Assembly (NCBI GenBank): GCA_009103225.1
Contig: RHPI01001052.1
Coordinates: 129,600 to 193,599 of the forward strand
Reading direction: 5' to 3'
Source of the DNA: Chlorokybus atmophyticus
Lineage: Eukaryota; Plantae; Mesostigma and Chlorokybus algae
DNA: 64,000 bases
Positions 13,573-27,358 of this stretch are shown here, piece by piece. The first letter of the stretch is position 1. The number at the start of each line of letters is the position of its first letter. Under the pieces are notes generated by a model that was not told the DNA's origin, ran no database searches, and was given only the letters and a program-made list of their open reading frames with translations. The position numbers and the translations under genes are program-made.

Positions 13573-14218
13573 NNNNNNNNNNNNNNNNNNNNNNNNNNNN
13601 NNNNNNNNNNNNNNNNNNNNNNNNNNNNNNNNNNNNNNNNNNNNNNNNNNNNNNNNNNNNNNNNNNNNNNNNNNNNNNNNNNNNNNNNNNNNNNNNNNNN
13701 NNNNNNNNNNNNNNNNNNNNNNNNNNNNNNNNNNNNNNNNNNNNNNNNNNNNNNNNNNNNNNNNNNNNNNNNNNNNNNNNNNNNNNNNNNNNNNNNNNNN
13801 NNNNNNNNNNNNNNNNNNNNNNNNNNNNNNNNNNNNNNNNNNNNNNNNNNNNNNNNNNNNNNNNNNNNNNNNNNNNNNNNNNNNNNNNNNNNNNNNNNNN
13901 NNNNNNNNNNNNNNNNNNNNNNNNNNNNNNNNNNNNNNNNNNNNNNNNNNNNNNNNNNNNNNNNNNNNNNNNNNNNNNNNNNNNNNNNNNNNNNNNNNNN
14001 NNNNNNNNNNNNNNNNNNNNNNNNNNNNNNNNNNNNNNNNNNNNNNNNNNNNNNNNNNNNNNNNNNNNNNNNNNNNNNNNNNNNNNNNNNNNNNNNNNNN
14101 NNNNNNNNNNNNNNNNNNNNNNNNNNNNNNNNNNNNNNNNNNNNNNNNNNNNNNNNNNNNNNNNNNNNNNNNNNNNNNNNNNNNNNNNNNNNNNNNNNNN
14201 NNNNNNNNNNNNNNNNNT
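13573..14218. other. Assembly gap (N run)
   Basis: Run of n. Confidence 1.
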
Positions 14219-15025
14219 CTAGTAGTCAACTTCAGGACAGCAGCAACAATCAAAGCAAAGATTAGGGGACAGAAACCAGCTCTAGCTTACACTACTAAAC
14301 AGCTATATCGATTGAATGCAGCTGTTTCGAGCACCGCCATTGCGGAGGTGTGATGTGGGCTGTGCGGGTGTGGCAGGCATTGCACAAAGTCCAGAGGCTT
14401 TTGATGGATCAGTTGGCCAAGAGGGGATCAACAGTGTCGTTGTCTTCATCAACTTGTTGTGCTTCAAACTGCTGTGTGCGCTGCATCTGCTCACCCCTGG
14501 CACTCTGTGCAGATTGAATTCAACCCAGGGGCAGTCACTTGCTGGCTTAGCCTATTGATGATTGTTTTACGGCGAAGGCACTGGCCTAGTGTAGTGTACA
14601 GCTAGCTACAGGTCTCTCTCCTGTTGACTTTATCGTGCTTCCAGCCAATGAATAAACTAGCAACCTGCTTGGCATAGACTGAATTTGAGACTACTTGGAG
14701 TTATTATATCCAGCGCTGTGAGTGTTGTGTGCGCTGCAGGTGCCCTGTATATTGTGTGCACGTATCCACCAGCAGTTGGCATACCTTTGTGGTACGGGAC
14801 GAGTATTGCAGCAATATCACATCACCATCATTCTTTACCGCTGTGTGTGAGGCGCATGGTGCCGGTGCGTGGAGCAGCTTCCTGCGAGGCTGCCAGCAGC
14901 AAAGCATGTGCACTGCAGTGGGGACTGTAACAACAATAATCCCTCATGAGGCGGATGCAGCGCTTGCGATTGCGGGTGGGCGTGTGGTGGCATGATCATG
15001 TTGATGTGCAGGGAGGCATCGGTAA

Positions 15026-15281
<256 letters not shown>

Positions 15282-17568
15282 NAAAAGGTGCAAGGCGGGT
15301 TCCGTTTCATGCATGCAAGGCACACCGCATTCAAAACACACATGTGCATGCAGTCAGTACATCACCACCAACACATTCTCGCATACAACACCATCGGGCT
15401 ACATGCTAACCTGCTGCTAGTTACTAAGTATGACACTAACTATTCACCTACCCCGTTAGGCATGCGTGCATGGTATGTCACAACGGTTATATTACCTGCA
15501 CGCATGTGTACCAGAGGTATGCCGTGCTGTTTTGCGTGTGCAACTGTGCAAATGATCATGCTGCTGCAAGCACATGGCTCACATGTTGCACAAGCCACAA
15601 TATCACTGCCACAATGACGACCGCCGGGCTATCACTCGCTACCCACGCAGCTACTGCACTACCACTACCTGCCCCGTTGAACATGCGTGTGCATAGGTGT
15701 CCAGTTACCTGCACAACCAGCACCTGTTCAGTCTTCACAGCAGCCAGACAGCAACAGCAAGGCAAACACATGACGCGGACTGCACGCTCTCCTTGGCGGC
15801 ACGGTCCTACCATCCTGGTGCTTCCCTCCCTTGTTGAATAAAGGATGTTGCATCAGCTATGGATGAAAGTTTAGGGCTTTGTGAATGAAACTGGCGGGTA
15901 ACAATCTTCCCTCCCCCCCCCACCTCCTTGTCTCCTCCCCCCTCCTGCACTCTCTCCGATGCGCAGGTCAGCAGCGCACGTGTTGCCAGCAGCTGGCAGT
16001 GATGGTGCTATTGAGGTGTGCGCTGGTGGTGGTGGCAACAGCGGATGTTAAAGAAGGGGGGGGGGGCAGCTATTCGACTCGTTGGGTAGTGGGGTGTGGC
16101 TTGTGTCCGCCACAAGCGGCGCCAATCGGCGCTGCGCAAACATACTGCATTGCCAAGCTGCATGTTCCACGCATCTAGTGTCGTATGGTGAAGTGTGTCC
16201 GATGCAGTTAACACCATCTTGTACAACATTATCGGTGGTGGCGTGCTATAGATGGAGCCGTCGACCCTCAGCATGCACACCCACAGTGTCGCTAGCAGGT
16301 GCTTGAGGTTGGATATCAGCTTGCCATGGCCACCAGCAAACAGTCATACACTTGGTGTGTACACTTGGTCCTCACAAATCATATACTTATAGCACATGTA
16401 TGTCTACCTCCATGTAAGTATATGGTATATCTACATGTATACAAGTATGTTTGATACTTGTTCAAAAAATGAGATCGATTGCAGCACGCCTTTATAAGCA
16501 TAGTATACCTATAGCCACGCGCTTGTTGCAATTGTACATGCATGTGTATGTGCGTGATTGCTGTCACATGCGTATACTGTTTTGTGGTAGCCTGTGACCT
16601 ACTTGTGGCGTCATGCGCATGTATCATGCCTTGAGCTCAAGAAAACTAGTGACGCAAGCACTCCACACAAATATGCAAAGCTATAAGCACGCATATCTCC
16701 ACATGCATCAACGTTCAATACCTGCGACAGTACATCGGATAGCTGGGCGTAATTGTTCATGTAGGCAAACATCAATTGCAAATGGTCGTGCCAATGGATA
16801 CAAGTGTTGGTTGCCAATCATGCCATGCGCGTACAGGAGTTGGAGCAGGACACCAAGCGTGTTTTCTGGGCAATTGCACTGCACTGAGTTTGACGTCACG
16901 GTGGTCAGTTGCTGGCCATAGAAAGCAGCTGCCGCCGCCATCAACAACCGGGCTCAGGTGTGTGAGCCCATGTCTACATCATCTAGACGTTGGTACATGA
17001 TGCGTGCGTGCGTGGCGTTCACACAAAACACTATGTCATATTGCTGCCGGACAAGATCAGGTCCTGTCAAGAAAGAATCACGCTTAGCTACCAGTGTCTG
17101 CGTACGTAATGCGATGTGGTGACGCTTGACTCTACTAGATTCACCCAGGGCGTTGCTTGATCACGTGTGCCATGCAGAGACCTACTTCCCGTCGGTGCAC
17201 CATCATCGCAGTCAGTGCGCTCATGGCTATGTGCAAACGTCCTGCCATTTGCTAGCAGTCTGTTAGCGATGTAAGCAGGCGATAAGGAGGGTCGCAGCAA
17301 AGCAGTTCAACTTCATCATCATCGCTTTGCTGTCTGTCTGATGTGCAGCTTGCAAATGCATGGTACTTGCCTACGTGTGGGAGCCTTGCTGCTGAAGTGG
17401 GCTCCGAGCTTGGAGGTGACTGATGCGCATGCACGCTCTGGTGCGACAAGATTGCAACGTTGCAACTGCACTCTCACAGTATGCCCATGCGAGCAACCAC
17501 TCAATATTACACCACAGTAGAGGCTGGCATGCTTGTTCTGCTGCGTAGGACAACAGTCCTGCATACTA

Positions 17569-17569
<1 letters not shown>

Positions 17570-17665
<96 letters not shown>
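17570..17665. repeat. Poly-C run, probably an assembly or sequencing artefact
   Basis: Homopolymer ending at an n. Confidence 0.85.
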
Positions 17666-19500
17666 NAGATCGTCCTGTCCACCTGGAACTCCATTGCAAT
17701 CTTGCCGAACCAGTCGCTGTCGCGTCCCAGGTCCAGCGAGACGCCGTGGTCTCTACCACCTTTGACTGCGGGGTGCATTGCAGCATGCAGTTGGACCAAC
17801 GGGCAACACTCCAACTTCGGGTTGTGGGCGACACTGAATCCAGTATCAGCGTTTGAGAAAGGGATTCTTTGAGAGTAAGCGGTATGCACGCCGTTCCCTC
17901 GCGGGTACCCTTGTGGAGACACTGTAACGGACTGCCACGGATGGGTGGGGCTTATCAGCCACCCGCAACAGCTGCAGTGTCGCAGTGGTCCACCACATGG
18001 CAGCATGTGTGTATCTATCTAGCGACGTCGTGGCTTGGTTATTGAGCTTGAGTGCGAGGCGCCACGGCCCGCCGGGAGCGTTGCTTTTGTTACACCCTTC
18101 GCAAGGGTGTAATGAGGCCCCGCCCTGGCTGGGCAAACTGTGAGGGGGAAATGATCCAGACTTGGCTGTGCTGAACGGTGCGCAGACGAGTCCTCAGGAC
18201 GCCGCTGGTCGCAGCAGGCGTCGCCATCACTGCTTTACAACTTGAAACACAAGGCAAAATAGTGAACGCTTGGCAACGCTTGCCAATGCCAGCGATGGGA
18301 CGACAAAGACAAGGTGATTATGCACGTCGCTTGCATGCACTACAAGCAACACAACGCCATGCAATGGTTTCGTCTTGCATCCGACCAGCATGGACTGGAC
18401 CAAGCTGCTGTGCAAGTACTCGCTTCCGAGTGACTTTGAGTGCCCACCACTATCGCCCACATAACCATCCACACACGCACAATGGGCACACGATGCAGGG
18501 ATGTGCACAGTGTCAAGGCCAGCTCTTGTAGTTGCTCACCAAAACTTGAAGGGTCCTGCGCTCACCAACCAGAGCCGGAGGCTTCTCCCCAAGCTCCCCG
18601 AGCTCGGGCAGGGTGGTGTATACCACCACTGGCTGTTACGTCAGTCGCATAGTCCTGCACAACGGCGAAGCATGCACGCCACCCGCACTGCCTCCAACGG
18701 CGGTCGTCGCATCTGTGCTGATGTGGCAGCCCCTCAAGGTGCGTACACTGTACGCATCTGTTTTTGTTTTTGTTTTTGTTTCTTTAGCTTTTCTTGAGCT
18801 GGCTGAGCTGGCTAGGGCTTCAGCGCCGACGACGCAAGGGGTTTGGTAGGCTTTGATGATGGTCACATCATGGCGTTGTTGACGGGTCTTGGAGCGACGC
18901 CTGTCACTGCTGCCTGCCTGCGCCGCGGACAGACACTGCCCCCGATCGAAAGCTACCAGCCTTGACAGTGCCTTGCATCTCGCCTGCCATTACATCAACG
19001 CGCTGTGCAAGGGTAGTAATGTCTCAACATGGGCACTTCTGGTCCGTGTTGGGACAAATGCTATACAGGCAGCCAGAGAGAGAGAGAGAGCATGTGTCTA
19101 ACGTACTAATGCAGCGTGCATCATGTTTCGCACAGGTTCAACACGGCTTGCATTCCATCATACTCTATCACATGTACCTACACTCGCGTGACCTGCCTAC
19201 GCATAGTGCACCACCGCGCTCGCACGCACAACCACACGGCACAAAAGCAGAACATGGCATGTTCTGTGGGTGTATGTTATGGGTGAATGTCATGGCACAA
19301 CATACAAGCTCCACACACTCAAGCAAGACATGTATGTCACAATGAAGACATGTCAGATCAAGAGAACTTTTCACAACCATTGATATCGCATTGCATGGTC
19401 ACGCACAATCGTCATACTATCTTTGAAGAACTTCACGTGGGGTTTGCAAGGAATTGCAAGAGACTCATAGACATATGAGTCATATGTCTCAGCTATATGA

Positions 19501-22500
19501 TTATCTCAACGACGGGCTCGTCCTCCCCAGCACCAACCGCGGCAGTGCTCCCGACCCTCCCCCTCCTCCCCCATCCAACGAGGCAGAAGCATTGCCTGCC
19601 GTGAGGGCCGCCAGCTGCTCCGCCCGGATGTCGCGCTTCGCCGTGTAAAAGGAAGGCGGGGGATGCACACTACCCGCAGGACCCGACAACCCTGTACGAG
19701 GAGTTGTTGGTTGTACACGTACACATACTCAAAGCATACGCACGCACGCCCCCCNNNNNNNNNNNNNNNNNNNNNNNNNNNNNNNNNNNNNNNNNNNNNN
19801 NNNNNNNNNNNNNNNNNNNNNNNNNNNNNNNNNNNNNNNNNNNNNNNNNNNNNNNNNNNNNNNNNNNNNNNNNNNNNNNNNNNNNNNNNNNNNNNNNNNN
19901 NNNNNNNNNNNNNNACCCACCCACACATAGTCTCTCACTCTCTCACCCGTGTGGCCCTCTGGTATCAGTGCATCCGCGGCAATGGACTTGGTCGCTAGCC
20001 TCCCGCTACTGCTCTCCCCGTTCAACGTGAACGTGGCCACCCCTCCTATGCCTCCCATCCCGTTGGTGGGACTCGGGCTCCTTCGCGTGTTGTTGTTGAC
20101 TCTGTCTGCTGCGCTGGAGCTGGCCGTGCGCTGCAGCGGGACGTGAGAGGGGATGTGGGAAGGAGTCGTGGGCTTGGAGGGTGAGGGTGCGTTGAAGTTG
20201 ATTGTGGGGATGCTGGGACTGGAGTGGGAAAGGATAGGTGGAGGGGTGGGGCTTGGGGGGTTGGGTGTCGTGGAGGTTGTGGTTGGGAAGAGCTCGCGGT
20301 CGCAGGAACCGCAACGCCAACTGCTCGCTGTGCGGGTAATGTGGTGGAGTGAGATCAGATTTGTTGCGATGTGCTGAGGGGTGAAGATGCAACCATGCGT
20401 GGGAGTACATACCAGCCTCTTCCAGGCCCTTCGCCAGCAGTAGAGGGGCTCCTCCTGTGCCACCTCCGCCTTGTGCGTGCTCGCGCCCTACGGCGGCAGC
20501 CATGTCCCCAACAGCCTACAAGATAGCAATAAGATGTCTATCATGTCTATCACATGCGTGTTGAGGCATGCATGCATGCGCATGCGCTGGCATGCTTTAT
20601 GTACACACGCACACCCGCCTCCACCCGCCTACAAGCGCAAGCAAGCGCACTGGCACGCTGTTAACTGGCGCGTACACGTGCTCACGTGAACGCGTATGCC
20701 CGCGCACGCATGCTCACAATCGCACAAGCACGTGCACACACAGGCACTCACATACACATGTGTTACATGCACGCGCATGCACACGTACACCATCAACACA
20801 TGTTTCGACTTCAGCCTCTACCTTCAGGACTCGCTGTAGGTCACGTGTGTCCGGTCGTGCCTTTAGCGTGTTTGCAAGTTCATCTCGCAGGCGTTCGATG
20901 CCGGCGTGGAGGGCAGACAGTTCCGCTTGGACGTGAGCTGCCGGGGCGCGCTTGGTGACGGCATCCTGGAGGCGTGCAAGGGCGTCCTCGAGGCGGGCCA
21001 CACGGCCGCGCTCGGCCTCGCGCGCCTCCGCCAGAGCCGCCATCTCCGCACGCACAACGCCACGAAGCTCGTTGAGGTCCCTTGACGCCCTCACGACTCC
21101 ACCACTCCTCTACACATCAACATGATGCTCACACGCGCCGAGACGCGCGCACACATGCACACGAGCGCACAACCGCGCGCGCACGCACGCACGCACGCAC
21201 GCACACGCACTTTAAGCCTTCTCCTTGTCTCACCTCAGTGATGATGCTGTCGCGGTGGGAGTCTTTGCCCTCTCCCTTGTACGTGGCAGAGGGCCCCTCC
21301 TTGCTGGCGCTGTTGTCCTTGACGTGTGCGGGGGCGGCGTGAACGGCGCTGGCGACACGGTCGGCGACTGCCTTCTCCGCGTCAGCCTTGGCCTCCTTTC
21401 TGACATCTTGCATCATTGCACCGAATTCGTCCCGCAGGTCCCGCACCTACAAGCAGCGGAGTGTGTGCGTGTGCGTGTGTGCGTGAGTGATACAAAGCCA
21501 ACACGCGTGATGACAAGATCTTTCCATGTACCTCATCTTCCACAATCTTTGCTGCCGCGACCCTTGCGCTCTGTTCCGCCATGGAGTGCGCGAACGACAC
21601 TCTTCTCGCCATGGCCGCCACGGCCGCGTTGATCCTCGCGATCTCCTCCGCCAGCGACGCCGCGGACACGGGGCCCCCTGACGCTGTCGCGGGTTTGACC
21701 GGAGGAGGACTTGTCGGCGGAGGAGGCGGTGAAGTGGGAGAGGAGGCGTCGGGGTCGCCGGGAGGGAGGACGGAGGCGTCGCGGGCGGCAACGGCCTGCG
21801 CGGGTGGGTGAGTGGATGGGGTGGGTGGGTGTGCATGTGACAGATTTCAATGGTTGGCATACCACGAGGATGTCCTTTTCGAGGGTCTGGCGGACGTCGA
21901 TGACCATCGCGCGGTCGGCTTTGCCACGTATGGCACGCCTCACCTCGATCAGCTGCCTGTCCGTCGCCGCCGCCAGCGCCTCCATGCCCTGCGCATGTGT
22001 GTCACAAGCAAGCCAACACAAATACCGCATGCGTAGCTGAGTTGTTGCCTGCATCAGACGCACGCACAAGTGCACTCATGCACGCACCTCTCGGTTTGCG
22101 AACATTCCCGACGCGTGGCTCATCTTCGCGTCCGCGTCCGCCTTGACGTCCGCGAGCTGTGCTAGCACAGACTCGTTACTCCCCGCCCTCTCAATCCTCT
22201 CTCTCTCCATGTCGAGCGCCATCCCCCCGACGGTCTCCTGCAGTCTTGCCAGGGCCGCCCCGCACTCGGCCGTCTTGGACGCGGTGGTGGCCAGGTTTGT
22301 GTTGAGGGCAACAGCGGCAGACTCCCACTCGGAGGAGCGGCGGGCGAGACCGGCCTGGCAGGAGGCGATGGAGGCGGCGTGCTCGTCGAGTTGGGATTGA
22401 AGAGCCTCCGTTACACCGGCGTCCAGCGCCACGCCGCCGTTGGCCTGCGCATGTGGGTGGATGTGTGATGGGTCGGTGTGCTGGTTTGCGTGCGTGCGTG

Positions 22501-23404
22501 CGTGCGTGTGCATGCGTGAGCGTCCGTCTGACTGCGTCTAAGTGCCTGCATACGTGATTGCCTGTATGCGCGCATTTGCGGCGCACGTACACACACGCTT
22601 GCGCGTGCCTGCGTGTGGGTGCATGCATGTGTTCACGCCATCATGTCTTTCAACCATGTCACCTTGGGTGCGGCTGGTGTCGACGCCGCATCCCCCCCGT
22701 TCCCCGCCCTCATCTCCTGCTCCATCGCCGCCACCCTCCCCTCGATCGCCGCCACATCCCCCGCCAGCCTCGCGTCCGCCGCCTGTCCCCTGGCCGCCAC
22801 CTGGCTCATCCTCGCCGCCTGTCCCGCCATCCCCTCCGCCATCTCCGCCACGCTCCTCTCCACCCTGCCCGCTCTCTCATCCGCGGCGTCGGCCCTGCGC
22901 TCCGAGGCGAGCAGGTGCGCGTCCGTCTCGGCGCGGTTGCGGTCGAGGGAGGCGTGGAGGGACTGGAGGGAGGAGTCGAAGTCGTCCATGCGGAGGGTGG
23001 CGAAGCGACGGGACTCGGAGACGTCCTTCTGGAAGACGGCGAAACGGTCCAGGGAGACCTTTTTTGTCAAGGAGTACTCGAGCTCCGCGATGAGACCGCG
23101 CTGCTCCTTCAGAGCCTTCACGACGGTCTCGCAGAAGGCCTGCAACGAACACATAACAATGATGTGTCACTGTTGTTGGCACTCGCACTCGCACACGCAC
23201 ACGCGCACGCGCACGCTCCCTCTTTCTTTCTCTCTCGCAAGCATGCACGCACAGTTGCTCATTGTTGCTTTGCACACTTACTCGCACACTTTTGCAGGGT
23301 CACAATCACTGACTCATGTTCAAGATTTCACTCACTTGCAAGGGCTGGTGGTTGTGCACTAGCTTGATCTCTACCACGTTGGCGAACGGCGTCTCGTCCA
23401 GCAT
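19501..23404 (-). CDS. Multi-exon coiled-coil protein with C-terminal RCGSCDR motif (QRICH2/C16orf96, DUF4795-like)
   Basis: ATG at 23404 (MLDETPFANVV..), CpG-rich exons encoding long heptad-rich helices (FCETVVKALKEQRGLIAELE..., RAEMAALAEAREAERGRVARLEDALARLQ...), then AKGLEEA/SSWRCGSCDRELFP and a Ser/Pro-rich tail; an N gap (19755-19914) lies in the last intron; stop at 19501-19503. Confidence 0.7.
19755..19914. other. Assembly gap (N run)
   Basis: Run of n. Confidence 1.
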
Positions 23405-24095
23405 TTCAAAAAGCGGGTTCCCCTCCACACCATTGCTGTGCACCAGGTGTCATCGCGGCGAGTGTTTGTACAATAACAAACTGATAACAAACAAGCCGCT
23501 GCGCCTATCAGATACAGCAGCGGACAAATGCAGGTGCCAACATAACACAAACACGAACACAGGCTTCAACTTGCTCCCTGTGTTTGATCCTAAACACACA
23601 GCACCAGTTGCAGCCTGTCTGTATGTGCGCAGGTCAGCCCTCGCATACACTGGACTACGACAACCTGGACTGTTATGCAGCTATGTGAATGTGTCAAATG
23701 TGTTTAGTACTACGCTCGTATGGTCTCCATCACCTTCACCTTGTGCTTTCCCTTTCCATCCTTACCTCTGCACTGTCCACGAGGCAGAGCGCTTCTCGTT
23801 GGCGTCGCTCCCAACAAAGTCCATCTTCATCTCCATCGTCATTGCGCCTCTCTTTCGCCAAACAAGACCAAACCAGGCCAGGCCAGGCCGGACCCACTCA
23901 CTCTCCGCCGCCCCTGCCGCCAGGCCAAACAAACACTGTGGTACAGTCACGTGACCCTACCACAATCCGGGTTCCTGCATCCGGCTCGAGCCAATCCGCC
24001 TTTGCTCTTTCAAAGCTTAGTCGATCCGGATCGGACATGCTTGTGGGCATCGTCGGCGGTGGCGCTGTGGTTGGCGGCGGTGGCGAAGCGGCGTA

Positions 24096-26909
24096 GTGGC
24101 CATGCAGGCGCCCGTCGCGCTGCGGCTGTCGCTGCCTGCGGCAGCAGGAGGGCTCGGGGCAGGGCCGGCGAGCAGGGCGCCGCTGAGGGTGGGCGGAGGC
24201 GGCAGTAGGCGGCCCGTCCTGCTTGTCGGCGGCAGGGGTAAGAGTTGTGCCGTGAATGTAGGGTTACGGTTGAGGCGGCGGCGAGGGAGTGTTGCGACAG
24301 CTGCTCGTCGCCGTGTTGAGGATGATGGAGATGGCGAGGACGACGAAGACGATGACCTGGTAATTGAGGAGAGCGTGGAGTTGGAAGATGGGGATGATGG
24401 GGTTGATGACGATCTCGCTGAGGGAGGGCTGCTGGAGGACGCCACACTGGAGGGAGAGTTCGACGATGATGATGACGACGTGGAGCGTGACACCGAGGAC
24501 GACATTAGAGAAAGCATACAGGCCAGGTAGGCTGGGTGCAAACAAAGCAAGAATTGAGCGCTTTCTTGTTGTGAATGTGATGAGTTTGCTGACCCCATGT
24601 GTATTGACCATGCACATAATATGGTACTTAGTTGAAGCATAACCAATTGACTCCAGTATGCTGTGTTGTGTGTGAGGCCATTGTGATGGACACGCGTTGG
24701 GTGTTGTTGGATATGCAATGCATGCCTTCATTGCGCATGTGCACGCAACATATGCACACAGCAGTTGAGTAGTCCCATGCTGCTACTACCATTATACCAG
24801 TACAATGAAGCACAGCAAGGTTGGTTATTGAATTGACTCGTCACCAGTGCAATTGTGATTGCATGTCAATACTGCAGGATCAAGAATCCAGTCTTTTGTT
24901 TTATGCACGACAATTAACTGCCAAGCATTGCAGCGTGTCAAACGCAGGCTGCTGTGTTTAGCTGTCGGTTTGCTGGAATGAGATGCTTAGCTTGTTGCTG
25001 TGGGCAGGATTACGAAGATCCGTCAGGGTCGTTTGCAGGCGGGCATCCCAGTGGAGCGCAGCGACAGGAGCGTGCGCACCTGGCGTGACCCCGAGTCAGG
25101 GGCCGCCGCCATGGTGCGGATGGCATTGGAACACGTGTGGTGCTCTTTGCTTTTAGAGGACTGATTATTGGTCATGTGACACACTGTCACGGGCAGGTGA
25201 TGATCAACGATTACGAAGCTGAGATCGACATGGACGATGAGGAGTACTGGGTCGACGCCGAGGTCCACGAGCGTTTCCTTCAGGACACGATCCGCGAAGG
25301 CATGGAGCACGGTTGGACCACTCCCTCGTTCATTCCGCGCACGCCCATCCAACTCATTGCGCGCACGCCGGGACAGGACAAGGTCATTGCGGACTGGGCG
25401 GGGCGGTGGGCACACGAGGAGGCCGAGGAGGTGCGCGAGGAGGCCGCAGCCAAGCAGGCCGCAGAGCAGGCCGCCGAGGACGCTAGTGCCGGCGCGGCGG
25501 AGCTACGTGGCGATGAGGACGAGGCGGAGAACAAGTTTGATTGGATCCTTGGAAGCGATGCCAAAAGGCAGCAGGAGGAGAGGAGGCGTGAACGACGTGC
25601 GGAAGAGCAGCAGCGGCAGCAGCAGCAGCTGGCGACGGCTGCAGAGGCGGCTGCCGCCGAGGAAGCCCAGACGGTTAGTGCTTGCATGACTGTGACGCAT
25701 GTGGTGTGCATTGTACAGTGCTGGCGACTCAGCGCTGATCGACTGGAATAACAGATTGCAAAGGCCTGTTGCGACTGTTATGCTAGTACACAAGTTGCGA
25801 GTCTGTGTGGCTGCGTTGTGCAAGGCACTCGCCGGTGTGCTGAAGTCGGTAACTGTGTTTTGCTGTGTGGAGTCATCATGCATGAGTATATGCGTGCTTT
25901 GCACATGGTTGACTGACCATCAGAAGGCTTCAGGAAGCTGATGCTTGTTGCACCCCCGGTTGCACAGATTCAAGACCTTGAAGACGTTGAGGAAGAGCTG
26001 GATCCAAGCGACTTCTACGTCAGCATGATGGAGGAGAGGCCGCTGCGTATCAGCACGCTCAGCCACCAGAAGGATGTGCGCATGAAGCACGTCAAGCGGA
26101 CCGTGTTCGATTGGGATGAGGAGCGCATCAAAGAATGTAAGACCTCACGCGCTGGAAATAACTATCGTTCGCTGACATGGTGTTTAATAACGTCTTTTTG
26201 TATGCCTGCAGTCATCAACTTCAGCCCCATCGATCCCAAGCATTTGACCATTGAGAGGCCCGCAGAGCGCGCAAACTACCGCGTGATGTATGGGTACAGG
26301 CCCGGCTTCGAGGAGGTCATGGAAGCGGAGGGCCGCCTCATCGACAGGTCTCCTGTCAGCTCGGCTGTTGACGAGGCCAGCCTGTTGAACACCGACTTCC
26401 CTGATTTCCTTGAAGGGGGCATGGACGCCATTGGCAGCGCTGTGGACATTGGCGATGATGAGGAGGACGCCGTTGACGACCCACTTGAAGCAGTCATCGA
26501 CGATGATGACACAGAGGTTGGCACTTCTGCAGGTCCCGTCTCCAAACCAAAACGGACCGAAGGTGAGCACCCTTCTGCATACGCACATGCACATGCACAC
26601 GCATATAGCCATTAACACTTGGTCAGCCTGCGGAGTGGCACACTTGGTCAAGGCACATGCTCATTGCTGGGGGTTAGACTAGCTGATCCCTATGCAGACG
26701 CGGATCCGGGCGACGACTGGGAGCCGGAGGAGCTCGAGGACGAGGAGGTGGTGGAGGACGTGCTGGTGGACGAGGAGACCAGCGACGGCGTGGACGCGGG
26801 CGGGGGTGGGGGCCGAGGCAGCGGCAGCCGAGGGACGAGAGGCCGCAAGGACTCCCGCAGACCGCAGTCGAGGTCCGCGGGCAGCGCGTGGGAGGAGAAC
26901 GAGGAGTAG
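24096..26909 (+). CDS. Acidic, putatively plastid-targeted protein, 6 exons; possible remote pTAC12/HEMERA (PAP5) homolog
   Basis: Ala/Arg/Ser-rich transit-like N-terminus, Asp/Glu tracts, clean GT-AG chain (first exon ends 24526, second starts 25008). Gene existence is well supported; the HEMERA relationship is a remembered motif match only. Confidence 0.7.
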
Positions 26910-27358
26910 TACGCAGCGGCAGTTTGGGAGCTGGAAGTAACCCCAAACAACAGATGTGTAGCTGTGCGCGCGAAGCTTCAGAGCATGTGGGAGTGCTCTG
27001 CACGGTCACTAGTGTAGCGGCTGATTGCTTGCACAAGCGCCCGTTGGTCTGTATCTGTGGGCTGGCTGATTAGGCGTGCTGGAGTGTTAAACCACACGCG
27101 TGTAGGCAGCTGGTCTACTATCTAGTTTGTAGTTGAAGGCTGGCGGACAGTTGCTTCTGTCTGGGTTGCAGTGACTGTTTGAGACACGGCTGGACATGTT
27201 GGAGAGAAAGAACGTGACAAACAATTTGTGATGCAGCCACATTGACAACAGTGCGGAATGTGACAATGAGTTGACATGCGCCATGCATTGACCTTGACTT
27301 GCAACATGTTGAGGCAGGCTTAAAGCAGCAGTACCCACACAGCAAGTGTTGGTACGTA

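Noticed and set aside
17319-18006. Poly-Gly/poly-Pro ORFs
   Set aside because: Produced by the poly-C run next to an n; probably an assembly artefact.
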